A stretch of DNA of 64,000 nt, from positions 133,664 to 197,663 of the forward strand of contig CAITNM010000026.1 of NCBI GenBank assembly GCA_903893805.1. Reading direction: 5' to 3'. Below, piece by piece: positions 20,402 to 30,476 of this stretch. Made by a program: the position numbers and the translations under genes. The notes below the pieces were generated by a model that searched no databases, was not told where the DNA came from, and worked only from the letters and a program-made list of their open reading frames with translations. This DNA is from an uncultured Alphaproteobacteria bacterium (lineage in GTDB: Bacteria > Pseudomonadota > Alphaproteobacteria > Paracaedibacterales > CAITNM01). Each line of letters starts with the position of its first letter. Position 1 is the stretch's first letter.

Positions 20402-21316
20402 ATGCGTAAGGCAATTCTTTATTCTCTACTTCTTCATGTTCTTGTTCTGTTAGTAGTATACTCCGACATGCGCTTTGCGTTTTTTCAGAAAATTGATACG
20501 TCACCCACGATGCTTATTGATTTTGTTGCAATTGGTGACAAGTCAGCGGCACCTAAGCGAGCAATTGCCCCTACGCCAGATGAAGTGGCAAAAGAAGAAG
20601 GGCCTAAAGAAGAAATTAAAAAACAACCTGTGCCTGAATCAGAAAAACCTAAAGAGCCTGAAAAGCAAAAAGCAGAAGATAAACCTAAAGAGCTAGATAA
20701 GCAAAAAGATAAGGAAAAACCGAAGGAAGATACCGATCCTTTGAAGAAAGATAAAGACAAGCAAAAAAAAGAAGAAAAAAAGAAAGAAGAAATTAAAAAG
20801 AAAGAAACCAAAACGCCTAAAAAAGCTGAGGTTGACCTAACTAAGTCAAAACCCAAAGGCACTAAGGATGATGCCAAAGATAAAAAAGCTAAGGCTAAAA
20901 AGAAAAGCATGGACGACATTCTAAGTGGCGTGACGAAAGATGATACGGATGCTATTGATGATTTGATTAGTGATGATGGTGCCGACGTTGATGAGCTTGC
21001 GCCAGTTGTGACTGCGTCGGAAATAGATGCAGTTCGTGCAAAAATTCGCCCATGCTGGTCAGTGCAAGCTGGAGCTAAGGGCGCGAAAGATTTAGTTGTT
21101 GATATCGACATGGAATTAAATGCTGATGGCACAGTTATAAAAGCTGACATTGTTGACAAACGTCGCATGGCAAATGATCCATATTACAATATTGCAGCAG
21201 AAAGTGCGCAGCGTGCGGTGCTTGATCCGAAATGTAACCCTTTGCCGTTACCAAAAGGTAAGCATGATCAGTGGAAAAACATGACCATGAGCTTTAATCC
21301 TAAGGACATGTTTTAG
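20402..21316 (+). CDS. tolA: TolA-like cell envelope integrity protein
   Basis: N-terminal TM helix, a long Lys/Glu/Pro-rich linker (KPKEPEKQKAEDKPKE...) and a TolA/TonB-like C-terminal domain. Its position after tolQR fits. Confidence 0.75.
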   Translation: MRKAILYSLLLHVLVLLVVYSDMRFAFFQKIDTSPTMLIDFVAIGDKSAAPKRAIAPTPDEVAKEEGPKEEIKKQPVPESEKPKEPEKQKAEDKPKELDKQKDKEKPKEDTDPLKKDKDKQKKEEKKKEEIKKKETKTPKKAEVDLTKSKPKGTKDDAKDKKAKAKKKSMDDILSGVTKDDTDAIDDLISDDGADVDELAPVVTASEIDAVRAKIRPCWSVQAGAKGAKDLVVDIDMELNADGTVIKADIVDKRRMANDPYYNIAAESAQRAVLDPKCNPLPLPKGKHDQWKNMTMSFNPKDMF

Positions 21317-21319
21317 AAA

Positions 21320-22456
21320 ATGAATAAACGCATCTTCATCATCGCAGGTGAAGCATCTGGTGATTTTCTAGGTGGACAGTTGTTGCAGTCGCTTAAACAG
21401 CAAAATCCGAATATTGAAATAGCAGGAATTGGCGGAAGCCAAATGGAAGCTCAAGGACTAAAGAGTTTATTCTCAATGGCTGACCTGTCACTCTATGGTT
21501 TATTTGAGCTTCTACCCCACTTATTTAATATTTTTAAACGTATTAAACAAACAAAGGAATCTATAAAGGCTTTCAGGCCAGATGTTCTAGTGACCATTGA
21601 TTCGCCTGGTTTTTGTTTCAGAATCGCTAAATATGCAAAACAATTAAAAATTCCTGTGGTGCATTATGTGGCGCCATCTGTTTGGGCGTGGAAACCTGGT
21701 CGTGCTGAAAAACTTGCAAAAAAAGTGGCTGTAGATCACTTGCTTTGTTTGCTTCCTTTTGAGCCACCATATTTTACTTGCCATGGATTGTCTTCGACAT
21801 TTGTTGGGCACCCAATTACCGAAGTGGTGCTGCCAGAAGATACTCATTTTCGTGAATCTTTTGGGGTAAGCCGAGAAGCCACATTAATTTGTGTATTGCC
21901 CGGTAGTCGCAAAAGTGAAATTCAAAAACTATTGAAAATATTTTTAGAGGCCATAGCTAAATTGCCTTTGAATAGACGCATTGAAGTGGTGATTCCAACT
22001 TTACCGCACTTGGTGCCACTAATTGAACCATTGGTGAAAGATGCTGGGGTTTCGGTGAAAATCGTGACAACAGTTGAAGAAAAATGGCAGGCTTTTATGC
22101 AAAGTAGCATAGCCCTTGCAGCTAGTGGCACCGTTAGTTTAGAGCTTGCTTATGCTGGTGTTCCGCAGGTTATTGCCTATAAGGTTTCAAGACTTACTTA
22201 TTGGATAGCAAAATGTTTGGTCAAAACAAAATACGCAAGTCTGGTAAATATTTTGAACAACGAAATGGTAGTGCCTGAGTATTTGCAAAATCAATGTAAT
22301 GCAGAATTTTTGAGCAAACAGTTAGATGCTATTTTGACTGATAGTAAGTATCAAAAAAAAATGCGTCAAAAATATAAAGAAGCTATAAATGCTTTAAAGG
22401 TTCCGGGTAAGAGCTCGAGTGACGTGGCTGCAAGAATTATTAGTGAGTTTATTTAA
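21320..22456 (+). CDS. lpxB: Lipid-A-disaccharide synthase
   Basis: IFIIAGEASGDFLGGQLL, IDSPGF, YVAPSVWAWK. Confidence 0.9.
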   Translation: MNKRIFIIAGEASGDFLGGQLLQSLKQQNPNIEIAGIGGSQMEAQGLKSLFSMADLSLYGLFELLPHLFNIFKRIKQTKESIKAFRPDVLVTIDSPGFCFRIAKYAKQLKIPVVHYVAPSVWAWKPGRAEKLAKKVAVDHLLCLLPFEPPYFTCHGLSSTFVGHPITEVVLPEDTHFRESFGVSREATLICVLPGSRKSEIQKLLKIFLEAIAKLPLNRRIEVVIPTLPHLVPLIEPLVKDAGVSVKIVTTVEEKWQAFMQSSIALAASGTVSLELAYAGVPQVIAYKVSRLTYWIAKCLVKTKYASLVNILNNEMVVPEYLQNQCNAEFLSKQLDAILTDSKYQKKMRQKYKEAINALKVPGKSSSDVAARIISEFI

Positions 22457-22530
22457 AGCAAAAATTCTCAGAGGTTAGGTCTCAGCTTCTAATTTTCTTA
22501 ATTAATCGACGTTTAGAAGTTAGAAACTTT

Positions 22531-23584
22531 CTATCCATTGGTCTTTCTGGAGCTTGTTCCCGGTTTTTGTGCCTCAATAATAAAAGCATGGTGACGACCA
22601 TTGTATGGGTTAACTTTGAAACAGGGAATGATGTCGTCCTTTATCTCAAAGCCTATTTCGCGTAATTTAGTTATCATTGCAGGTCCCCGTGATTTGTTAC
22701 CATATACTAACCTAAATACTTTAAATAATCCTGAGGGAGCTTTTCCTTCCATTTCTTTTGTTAGGTCTTCAATTAAGGCATTTTTAGTATCTGGGCGGTT
22801 TTTCCCCACAAGCTTAGCTGTCTTTCTTATAGAATTTTTAATAACTCCGAAATTTGTTTGTTGGTCTAAAGGGGTGTGTGTTTCATTTTTAAGAAATTGT
22901 AAAATATCATTGATTTCACATTTACTCATGCTAACAGAAAAAGGATCGTATTGTTGCAATAAAGCAGAGATAATACCGGGTGTTTTTTTTTGACTTTTTT
23001 GTAAGCTTCTCAAATGTAATGCTACGTAATACGTCTTCGGGAATGCCATGTTGTTTGAGAGTTTTTTTCGCATTTTTTAGATTACCCGATAAGCGAGGAT
23101 GCTGATAGGATATGAAATCAATGATTAGCGTGCCTCCTGGGGCTAATACTTTGAAGGCCCTATCTATTGCTGGTAATAATAATGGTTGACCTTCATGGTA
23201 TTCAGGCGTGGTTATATCAATATAGGGTGTTGATGGGGGAACGCTGCTACTGCGACAATGAGTTGGAAACCACTCAAATACTACGCGTTTTTGAGAATTT
23301 GGCTGAAAAGGCAAGGAGAACCAATTTCCTCTTATATGAGGCAAATCATTTCTTGCACAAGGCCTCATATCAACGCTAATCACTGTGCCAGGAAAACTTC
23401 TAGTGTGACCAAAGCAAGCAGAGTCTAGTCCAAAAATATTATGAAAGGGCTGTGGAATGTCTCCCGATGCACGCGTACTTCCAACTATTAATGTTGCACC
23501 TCTGATACTCTCAGGTTCATTAGCTGTTCCGCTGAGATCACTGAATGCAAAAAAAGCTACAAGTAGCAAAAAGACAAATTTCAC
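22531..23584 (-). pseudogene. Secreted class-I methyltransferase-like protein, split into two overlapping ORFs at a homopolymer
   Basis: ORFs 22931-23584 (signal peptide; VISVDMRP, AFKVLAPGGTLIIDF) and 22531-23073 (LREIGFEIKDD...FIIEAQK) overlap by 143 nt in different frames. An A9 run on the coding strand (T9 at 22983-22991) lies in the overlap. Confidence 0.5.
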
Positions 23585-23708
23585 GTAATGCTTTTAAAAA
23601 AGTTACTTAACATTGCATAGGTAGTAGTTATGAATTTTTCAAGAAAAAACTTGCTTTTAGCCTTTGTTTTACCAACACTGTACCTCTAGGCATTAGTATT
23701 GATTCTCG

Positions 23709-25061
23709 GTGCGTAATTCAGTTGCAGATCAGGTTGATGAGCTTCTTGGGCAAATTCAAAACATTGAAGATTTTGAGTTGCATGGGTTTGTTGAGCGTTT
23801 AGAAGGGTTAAGCGCAGTTGTGCGTGTGAATTCACAAAAGATTCATATTGGAATCCGCTGTTGGTTGCATCCACAAAATCATCCGCCCGTACTCGGAGAA
23901 GTCATTGGCTTTAATCAAGATCTTGCCCAAGTGATGACCTTTCAACATCTAAAAGGTCTGCATCCAAAATGCAAAGTAACGTTTCTAGAGCATGGAACTA
24001 CTATTTATCCAAGTTTGAATTGGCAAGGCAGAGTTATTAATGGATTGGCTGAGTCAATTGACGGGAAAGGCGTGTTGCCTCATGGTGCTCATGCGTATAA
24101 CCTTCATGGATCTCCCATACCAGCCCATAATCGTGCAAAGGTAAAAGACCCAATTGAACTTGGGGTTCGTGTACTTGATACATTTTTAACGTGTTGTAAG
24201 GGGCAGCGATTAGGCATTTTTGCAGGGTCAGGCGTTGGCAAATCAGTTTTGTTATCAATGCTTGTGAAATTTTCTAATTGCGATATTTGTGTGGTGGGAT
24301 TAATTGGTGAGCGAGGTCGAGAAGTTCGCGAATTTATTGAAGACACCTTAGGTGAAGAAGGGCTTAAGCGCACTATTTTAGTTGTCGCTACATCTGATGA
24401 AACAGCCCTAATGCGCAGAGAAGCTGCTCATTTAACCCTACGTCTTGCTGAATATTATCGTGACTTAGGTCTTAGTGTTGTGTGTGTGATCGATAGTGTA
24501 ACCAGGTTTGCTATGTCTCAGCGTGAAATTGGATTAGCTGCTCATGAACCGCCTACAACAAAAGGTTATACCCCAAGTGTTTTTGCAGAATTGCCAAAGT
24601 TGCTTGAACGAGCAGGCCCAGGTATTGAAAATAACGAAGGAAAAACAGGATATATCACAGGATTTTTTACGGTGCTGGTCGATGGTGATGACCATAATGA
24701 GCCTATATCAGATGCGGTAAGAGGTATTTTAGATGGTCATATTGTGCTTGATAGAAATTTAGCAATTCGTGGTCATTATCCGGCAGTCAGCGTTTTGAAG
24801 AGTATTTCACGTACAGTGCCTATGTGTCACAGCGAATCTGAACAACAGGCCGTTATAGAGGCTCGAAAAAATTTAAGCATGTATAATGACATGGTTGATC
24901 TTATTCGTTTAGGTGCTTATCGTATCGGCACAGATTCTGCAGTTGATAAGGCAATCCACTTGAATGAAAAATTAGAGCCCTTCTTGCAGCAAAGGCCCAC
25001 GGAATTTGCAAATCAGGCAGAATCATTTGAAGAATTAAAAAATATTATGGGGCTTAATTAA
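23709..25061 (+). CDS. fliI: FliI/YscN-family type III secretion (flagellar) ATPase
   Basis: Walker A GSGVGKSVLLSM, GERGREVREF, and an F1-ATPase-like core. GTG start. Confidence 0.85.
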   Translation: MRNSVADQVDELLGQIQNIEDFELHGFVERLEGLSAVVRVNSQKIHIGIRCWLHPQNHPPVLGEVIGFNQDLAQVMTFQHLKGLHPKCKVTFLEHGTTIYPSLNWQGRVINGLAESIDGKGVLPHGAHAYNLHGSPIPAHNRAKVKDPIELGVRVLDTFLTCCKGQRLGIFAGSGVGKSVLLSMLVKFSNCDICVVGLIGERGREVREFIEDTLGEEGLKRTILVVATSDETALMRREAAHLTLRLAEYYRDLGLSVVCVIDSVTRFAMSQREIGLAAHEPPTTKGYTPSVFAELPKLLERAGPGIENNEGKTGYITGFFTVLVDGDDHNEPISDAVRGILDGHIVLDRNLAIRGHYPAVSVLKSISRTVPMCHSESEQQAVIEARKNLSMYNDMVDLIRLGAYRIGTDSAVDKAIHLNEKLEPFLQQRPTEFANQAESFEELKNIMGLN

Positions 25062-25215
25062 AATTAAGCTTTCTGTTTATCCCAATAGTGTTGCAAAAGA
25101 TCTACATGCTATCAGATTATGTTTTGCAGCGTAGTAGTTCACTTGGTGTTTTATTAAAGATTTGATAGGTTTGAATTGGTTTAATTTAAATAAATTTCTT
25201 GGGAAGGATTATCCA

Positions 25216-25671
25216 ATGAAAAAAGTATTGTCTTCAGTAGCGCTTGCGCTATTACTAATTGGTTGTGAATGTACAGACACATGCCAAAATGTTGATGCGA
25301 ATGCAGCAGCTACTCCAGGCACTCCTGGTCACTTCAAGCAAACTGTAAAAGATCGTGCATTCTTCAATTTCGACAGCTCAACTCTATCGGCTGATGCGAA
25401 AAAGAGCATTGAAGCACAAGCTGGTTGGTTGAAAGTTTACTCATCAACAACAGCAACTGTTGAAGGTAAGTGCGACGCACGTGGAACACGTGAGTATAAC
25501 TTAGCGTTAGGTGCACGTCGTGCGAATGCAGCTGAGAAAGAACTTGCTAAACTTGGTATCGATAAGAGCCGCTTAAAGACAATTTCTTATGGAAAAGAGA
25601 AATTGGAAGTTGTTTCTGATACTGAGGAAGCACACGCTCAAAACCGCGTTGCGATCACAGTTATTAACTAA
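25216..25671 (+). CDS. pal: Peptidoglycan-associated lipoprotein (OmpA family)
   Basis: Lipobox LLIGC and the OmpA-like domain (FNFDSSTL...GKCDARGTREYNLALGARRA...NRV). The start is moved to ATG 25216, which has a GGAAGGA RBS. Confidence 0.85.
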   Translation: MKKVLSSVALALLLIGCECTDTCQNVDANAAATPGTPGHFKQTVKDRAFFNFDSSTLSADAKKSIEAQAGWLKVYSSTTATVEGKCDARGTREYNLALGARRANAAEKELAKLGIDKSRLKTISYGKEKLEVVSDTEEAHAQNRVAITVIN

Positions 25672-25690
25672 TATCGCTTCCTTCCTAAAA

Positions 25691-25721
25691 AACCCGCAGC
25701 AATTTGGTTGCGGGTTTTTTT
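25691..25721 (+). terminator. Rho-independent terminator after pal
   Basis: aacccgca-(loop)-tgcgggtt followed by a T-run. Confidence 0.8.
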
Positions 25722-25763
25722 ATACCTACTATAATGCAGTATCTGAAAAGAGTTAGAGCGACT

Positions 25764-26330
25764 ATGAAAATATCAGGAAATGAAATTCGTCCGGGCAATA
25801 TTATTGAGTATCAAGGCAAGTTATGGACAGCTGTAAAGACCGAGCATACCCAGCCAGGAAAAGGCGGTGCTTATATGCAGGTCGAGCTAAAATGTCTTAC
25901 AGATGGTACGAAGCTTAATGAACGATTTCGTTCAGCAGAAAACGTTGAACGGGTGCACCTTGATCAAATACCATTTCAGTATTTATATGCTGATGGTGAT
26001 GACCTAGTATTTATGGATCAAAGCAACTTTGATCAGATAAATGTTTCTAAGAAATTCGTAGGAGATGCCGCTGCATACTTACAAGACAACATGATTGTAG
26101 AGCTGTGTATGCACGAAGGAACACCTATTTCTGCAAGATTGCCTGACACAGTTGTATTAGCTATTACAGAAGCTGATCCTGTTGTTAAGGGTCAAACTGC
26201 CACTTCATCCTTTAAGCCAGCGATTCTTGAAAATGGTGTTCGTATTATGGTTCCGCCGCATATTGAATCGGGGACTAGAGTAGTTGTTCGCACAGCTGAT
26301 GGAACTTACGTAGAGCGTGCGAAAGACTAG
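25764..26330 (+). CDS. efp: Elongation factor P
   Basis: [11 protein letters not shown]...[16 protein letters not shown], 188 aa from ATG 25764. The longer track ORF runs through the pal terminator. Confidence 0.95.
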   Translation: MKISGNEIRPGNIIEYQGKLWTAVKTEHTQPGKGGAYMQVELKCLTDGTKLNERFRSAENVERVHLDQIPFQYLYADGDDLVFMDQSNFDQINVSKKFVGDAAAYLQDNMIVELCMHEGTPISARLPDTVVLAITEADPVVKGQTATSSFKPAILENGVRIMVPPHIESGTRVVVRTADGTYVERAKD

Positions 26331-26332
26331 CA

Positions 26333-27103
26333 ATGACCAGAACCTTTCAAACACCAAAATCTGCCTTAATTAATGTTATGTCTGCGGCTGTTTACAAAGC
26401 AGCTCGAGGTCTTGTTCGTGATTTCGGTGAGCTAAGTCATTTGCAAATCACACGAAAATCTATAGGCGATTTTGTAAGTTCAGCAGATAAACGTTCAGAG
26501 CAAATTCTTATTGATGAGTTGCGCAAAGCACGACCAGATTTTTGTTTTTTATGTGAAGAAGCGGGCGAAATCAAAGGCAGAGATCCAAGGCACCGTTGGA
26601 TTATTGATCCACTTGATGGCACAACGAACTTTTTGCATAGCAACCCTCACTTTGCCATAACTATAGCCCTAGAATTTGATGGGGAAATTATCGCAGGTGT
26701 TACCTACCAGCCAATTCTAGATGAACTATTTTGGGCTGAAAAAGGCAAGGGAGCATTTTGCAATCAAAAAAGGTTGAGAGTCTCCAGTCGCCGTGATTTA
26801 GAATCACTGCTGGTGTGCTGTGATTATGATCATCCAGTTGTTAAAGAAATTGATGGTAAAATTTCGGGTATTCGTTATACCGGAGCGGGTGCTCTTGATT
26901 TAGCTTATGTAGCAAGTGGACGTTTTGATGTTTGTTTTTTAGAAGGTTTAAAGCCATGGGATATGGCAGCTGGCGTTCTTTTGGTGCGTGAAGCAGGCGG
27001 CGTAATTACTAATATGGATGGTCAGCCGATGGACATTTATGTGAGTTCAGTTTTGTCTGCAAATGAATTATTGCATAAAACATTTTTGCCGCTGATTGGG
27101 TAA
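26333..27103 (+). CDS. suhB: Inositol monophosphatase family protein
   Basis: WIIDPLDGTTNF, PWDMAAG. Confidence 0.9.
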   Translation: MTRTFQTPKSALINVMSAAVYKAARGLVRDFGELSHLQITRKSIGDFVSSADKRSEQILIDELRKARPDFCFLCEEAGEIKGRDPRHRWIIDPLDGTTNFLHSNPHFAITIALEFDGEIIAGVTYQPILDELFWAEKGKGAFCNQKRLRVSSRRDLESLLVCCDYDHPVVKEIDGKISGIRYTGAGALDLAYVASGRFDVCFLEGLKPWDMAAGVLLVREAGGVITNMDGQPMDIYVSSVLSANELLHKTFLPLIG

Positions 27104-27188
27104 TTAAAGGTTAAACGCATTTGCCGCTTGTGATAATCAAATAAAAAAGATTATAAATAAGTACTTATCGTAATTTTGTTGTATTTTT

Positions 27189-28151
27189 TTGCATTGCGCA
27201 ATAATTGTATTTTTATTATTAGTTGGATGTGCTGGTGGTGGTCCATCAGGACCTCGCACGCCACTTGGTGGTATAGGAAAAGGCTCAACCAACAGCTATT
27301 ACTGCCGTGGTGAATGGCACTATCCCCAAAAATTTTATGAATACGATGAAACAGGCCTTGCTTCTTGGTATGGACCTGGTTTTCATGGAAAGCCAAAGCC
27401 TTATGGCGAAAAATTTAACATGCATGGAATTTCAGCAGCGCATCGCACCTTACCACTTCCAACAGTTGTAAAAGTAACCAATTTACAAAATGGAAAATCT
27501 ATCAATTTGGTTGTTGATGATAGGGGGCCGTTTGTCTATGAAGGGCGTATTATTGATCTAAGCGTAGGTGCTTCAAAGGCTTTGGGAACTTATAGTAAAG
27601 GCTTAGTTCCCGTTAGGGTTCAAAGTGTTCCAGGTGAAAGTCGGATGCTATCTGATTACCTGGCTAAGAATGGAAATAAAAGCGGAAAAATGAAAGATGG
27701 GAGAACGTGGCAGGAGGTTTACCAAGATGAAGTTGCGGGAAGACATAACGGTTCAGTAACTGAGGGGCCTGCACCGTTAGCTAAATCTGTACCTGGCAAA
27801 ACTTCTCAAAAACCTTTCGCAACTGATCAATCAACATCTTTGGATGATATTCTTGATTCTGTAATTCCTGCAAAGCAATCAATTGTAAAAAAACCAGAAG
27901 CAGCTAAAGGCATTGTCAATTTTAATACCTACATTAATTTGGGTGAAGCATACATACAAAAAGCTAATGCTCAAAATGTTGCTGCAGGTTTGCCGAAAAC
28001 ATGGAATGCATCGGTTCAATCAGTACTTCATCCCAGCGGACAAATGCTTTATAACGTAAGAGTTGGGCCTGTTGACAATCAACTATCGCAGCAAATTTTA
28101 AAGCAGGTCCGAGATAAAGGGTATGCGCAAGCAATCATGGTAAAGGATTAG
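27189..28151 (+). CDS. rlpA: Septal ring lytic transglycosylase RlpA family (DPBB + SPOR)
   Basis: Lipobox LLVGC, GLASWYGPGFHGKPKPYGEKF, PLPTVVKVTNL.NGKS..LVVDDRGPF, and a SPOR-like C-terminus. TTG start. Confidence 0.85.
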   Translation: MHCAIIVFLLLVGCAGGGPSGPRTPLGGIGKGSTNSYYCRGEWHYPQKFYEYDETGLASWYGPGFHGKPKPYGEKFNMHGISAAHRTLPLPTVVKVTNLQNGKSINLVVDDRGPFVYEGRIIDLSVGASKALGTYSKGLVPVRVQSVPGESRMLSDYLAKNGNKSGKMKDGRTWQEVYQDEVAGRHNGSVTEGPAPLAKSVPGKTSQKPFATDQSTSLDDILDSVIPAKQSIVKKPEAAKGIVNFNTYINLGEAYIQKANAQNVAAGLPKTWNASVQSVLHPSGQMLYNVRVGPVDNQLSQQILKQVRDKGYAQAIMVKD

Positions 28152-28152
28152 T

Positions 28153-29382
28153 ATGTCTTTGTTTAAGTTTTTATTGATTCTTTTTTTTGGTTGTGCAGTA
28201 CAGGAAGCGGAAGGAAAAGCTAAAAAGCCATCTGCTGTTAAAAATGTGAAATCAAAGAAACCTCAAGAGAAACCTAAAAAAGACGAGCCAAAAGATAATA
28301 TTTTGGCTCCTTATGGAGTTGAGGTTGACTCAACACACGCGCTTTTAGTTGATTACGAAACTGGCAAGGTTTTGCTAGAAAAAAATGCTGCTGAACAGAT
28401 AGAGCCAGCTTCGATGACAAAAATTATGACTGCCTATATGGTTATGAAAGCGTTAGATGAAGGTCGTATAAAGCCAACATCACTTGTTACCATTTCAAGC
28501 AACGCTCGAAAAATCGAAAAGGGCAGTAGCGATATGTTTTTAGAGATAGGTGATCAGGTCAAAGTTGAGGATCTTTTGAAGGGATTAATTATTGTTTCTG
28601 GTAATGATGCAGCTATAGCTTTAGCTGAACTGTTAGGAGGTACTCAAAGTGCTTTCTCTGCAGATATGACTCATTTGGCAAGAGAAATGGGGTGCGCTCA
28701 AACTAACTTTAAAAATGCAAGTGGGCTACCAGAAGAGGGGCATTTATCAAGTGCTCACGATTTATTCATTATGAGTAAACGAACTTTTGAGGATTTTCCA
28801 AATTGGTATAGTTTGTACAAAGAGATTGATTTTACATACCGAGGTGTTCATCAACAAAATAGGAACCTTCTCTTAACGAAAAATATTGGTTGTGACGGCA
28901 TAAAAACTGGTCATACAAGCAGCGCTGGTTATGGCATATCAGTATCTGCTGTGCAAAATGGTCGTCGTCTATTTTTGATTGTAGCAGGGCTTAGGTCGTT
29001 GAAACAACGTGCGGACGAAGCGTATCGTTTATTGCAATGGGGTTTTGGGACCTTCGGAAATTACACAATTGTGCCAAAAAATAAACCAATTATAGAATTA
29101 CCAGTTCGATATTCTCCTCAAGAAATGGTTGAAGTGGAGCCTAAATATCACGTTCTAACCCTCCATCGTAATCGCATTGATCAAGCAAAGGCTGCGATAA
29201 AATATCAAAGCGCTCTAGAAGCCCCCCTTAAGGCAGGTGATCAAGTAGGGGAAGTTACAGTTACGCATCCCGATTGGAATGAACCTGTTATTATTCCATT
29301 GGTTGTGAAAAAAGATGTTCCAAGATCTTTCTTTTTAAGTAGAATGGGACAAACACTGCGGTATCTTTTTCAAAAGGATTGA
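28153..29382 (+). CDS. dacC: D-alanyl-D-alanine carboxypeptidase (PBP5/6, peptidase S11)
   Basis: SxxK (SMTK), SxN (SGND), KTG (KTGHT) and a signal peptide. Confidence 0.9.
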   Translation: MSLFKFLLILFFGCAVQEAEGKAKKPSAVKNVKSKKPQEKPKKDEPKDNILAPYGVEVDSTHALLVDYETGKVLLEKNAAEQIEPASMTKIMTAYMVMKALDEGRIKPTSLVTISSNARKIEKGSSDMFLEIGDQVKVEDLLKGLIIVSGNDAAIALAELLGGTQSAFSADMTHLAREMGCAQTNFKNASGLPEEGHLSSAHDLFIMSKRTFEDFPNWYSLYKEIDFTYRGVHQQNRNLLLTKNIGCDGIKTGHTSSAGYGISVSAVQNGRRLFLIVAGLRSLKQRADEAYRLLQWGFGTFGNYTIVPKNKPIIELPVRYSPQEMVEVEPKYHVLTLHRNRIDQAKAAIKYQSALEAPLKAGDQVGEVTVTHPDWNEPVIIPLVVKKDVPRSFFLSRMGQTLRYLFQKD

Positions 29383-30476
29383 TGATGCGGCCATACTTCA
29401 GCTCGGGACCATGCGTTAAACATGCAGGATGGTCTTTAGAAAAATTGAACCGTCCTTTTTTAAATAGATCTCATCGAAGTGACATTGCTAAGACGCATAT
29501 AAAATCTATTATTGAGCGTCAAAAAAGGCTCTTAAATATTCCTGATGACTATAAGCTTGCTATTGTGCCGGCTTCGGCAACAGGTGCTATTGAAATGGCC
29601 ATGTGGTGCTTGCTGGGCAATCGTGGTGTCGATGTTCATGTAATGGATGTGTTTAGCAAGATATGGGCTTACGATATTAAGCACCAGCTTAAAATTGATA
29701 CAAATGTAATTGAAGCAGAATATGGAACGCTTCCCATAATGCACCATAACCCAGAACGTGATTTAGTCATGACGGTAAGTGCTACAACTACAGGAGTGGC
29801 GTACTCAAACACTGATTGGATTAAACAAGATCGGAATGGGTTAGTAATTGTTGACGCAACAGCTGCGGCATTTTGTTTTGAAATACCATTTTCTTCTTTT
29901 GATGTGGTGGCTTTTTCATGGCAAAAAGGTTTAGGGGGGGAAGCGGCTCATGGAATGCTGGCTCTTAGTCCACGTGCATTACGTCAGTTGGAAACTTATA
30001 TACCAACCTGGCCTATCCCAAGAATCATGAGTTTTTGGCTTGGTGACAAGGTCAATTACGGTGTTTTTGAGGGGCTCACTTTAAATACTCCCTCGATGTT
30101 GGCGCTGGCAGATGTTGAGTGTGCGCTTGATTGGGTAGATAGCCTAGGTGGCGCTAGTGGTTTATACAAAAAAGCAGCTGATAATGTTTCATTTCTTTAT
30201 GATTGGGTTGTTAACACGCCGGGGTTAACTCCTATGGCTGCGCTGGATGTGCAGGCTAAAGGTGGGTCGGTTTGTTTTTATGCGGATAAATTTACAAGTT
30301 TCGATGAATACCGAGTTTTTGCACAACCTTTAGCGGATAGCGGTAAACTGTTTGATATTGTTAACCATGCTAGCTCAAAGCCGAGCTTTAGGGTGTGGTG
30401 TGGTGCTACCATGGAAAAAAGTGATTTAATTCATTTAACTAAAATCTTCGATGAACAAATATCCACTTGTTTTTAG
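29379..30476 (+). CDS. serC: Phosphoserine aminotransferase (short alpha-type SerC)
   Basis: FSSGPC.K..GW N-terminus, and a class V aminotransferase fold with SWQKGLGGE. The start could be ATG 29382. Confidence 0.75.
   Translation: MMMRPYFSSGPCVKHAGWSLEKLNRPFLNRSHRSDIAKTHIKSIIERQKRLLNIPDDYKLAIVPASATGAIEMAMWCLLGNRGVDVHVMDVFSKIWAYDIKHQLKIDTNVIEAEYGTLPIMHHNPERDLVMTVSATTTGVAYSNTDWIKQDRNGLVIVDATAAAFCFEIPFSSFDVVAFSWQKGLGGEAAHGMLALSPRALRQLETYIPTWPIPRIMSFWLGDKVNYGVFEGLTLNTPSMLALADVECALDWVDSLGGASGLYKKAADNVSFLYDWVVNTPGLTPMAALDVQAKGGSVCFYADKFTSFDEYRVFAQPLADSGKLFDIVNHASSKPSFRVWCGATMEKSDLIHLTKIFDEQISTCF

Noticed and set aside
20560-20900. Apparent tandem DNA repeats (aaagaa / cctaaaga units)
   Set aside because: They are explained by the repetitive KPKE/KEEK protein linker of TolA, not by a non-coding repeat or CRISPR-like array.
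20485-21168. 227-aa antisense ORF inside tolA, plus a 73-aa sense-shifted ORF at 20475-20696
   Set aside because: It is Ser/Phe/Leu-rich low-complexity translation, the mirror image of the Lys/Glu/Pro-rich TolA linker. Long stop-free antisense frames are expected in AAG/GAA-rich DNA.
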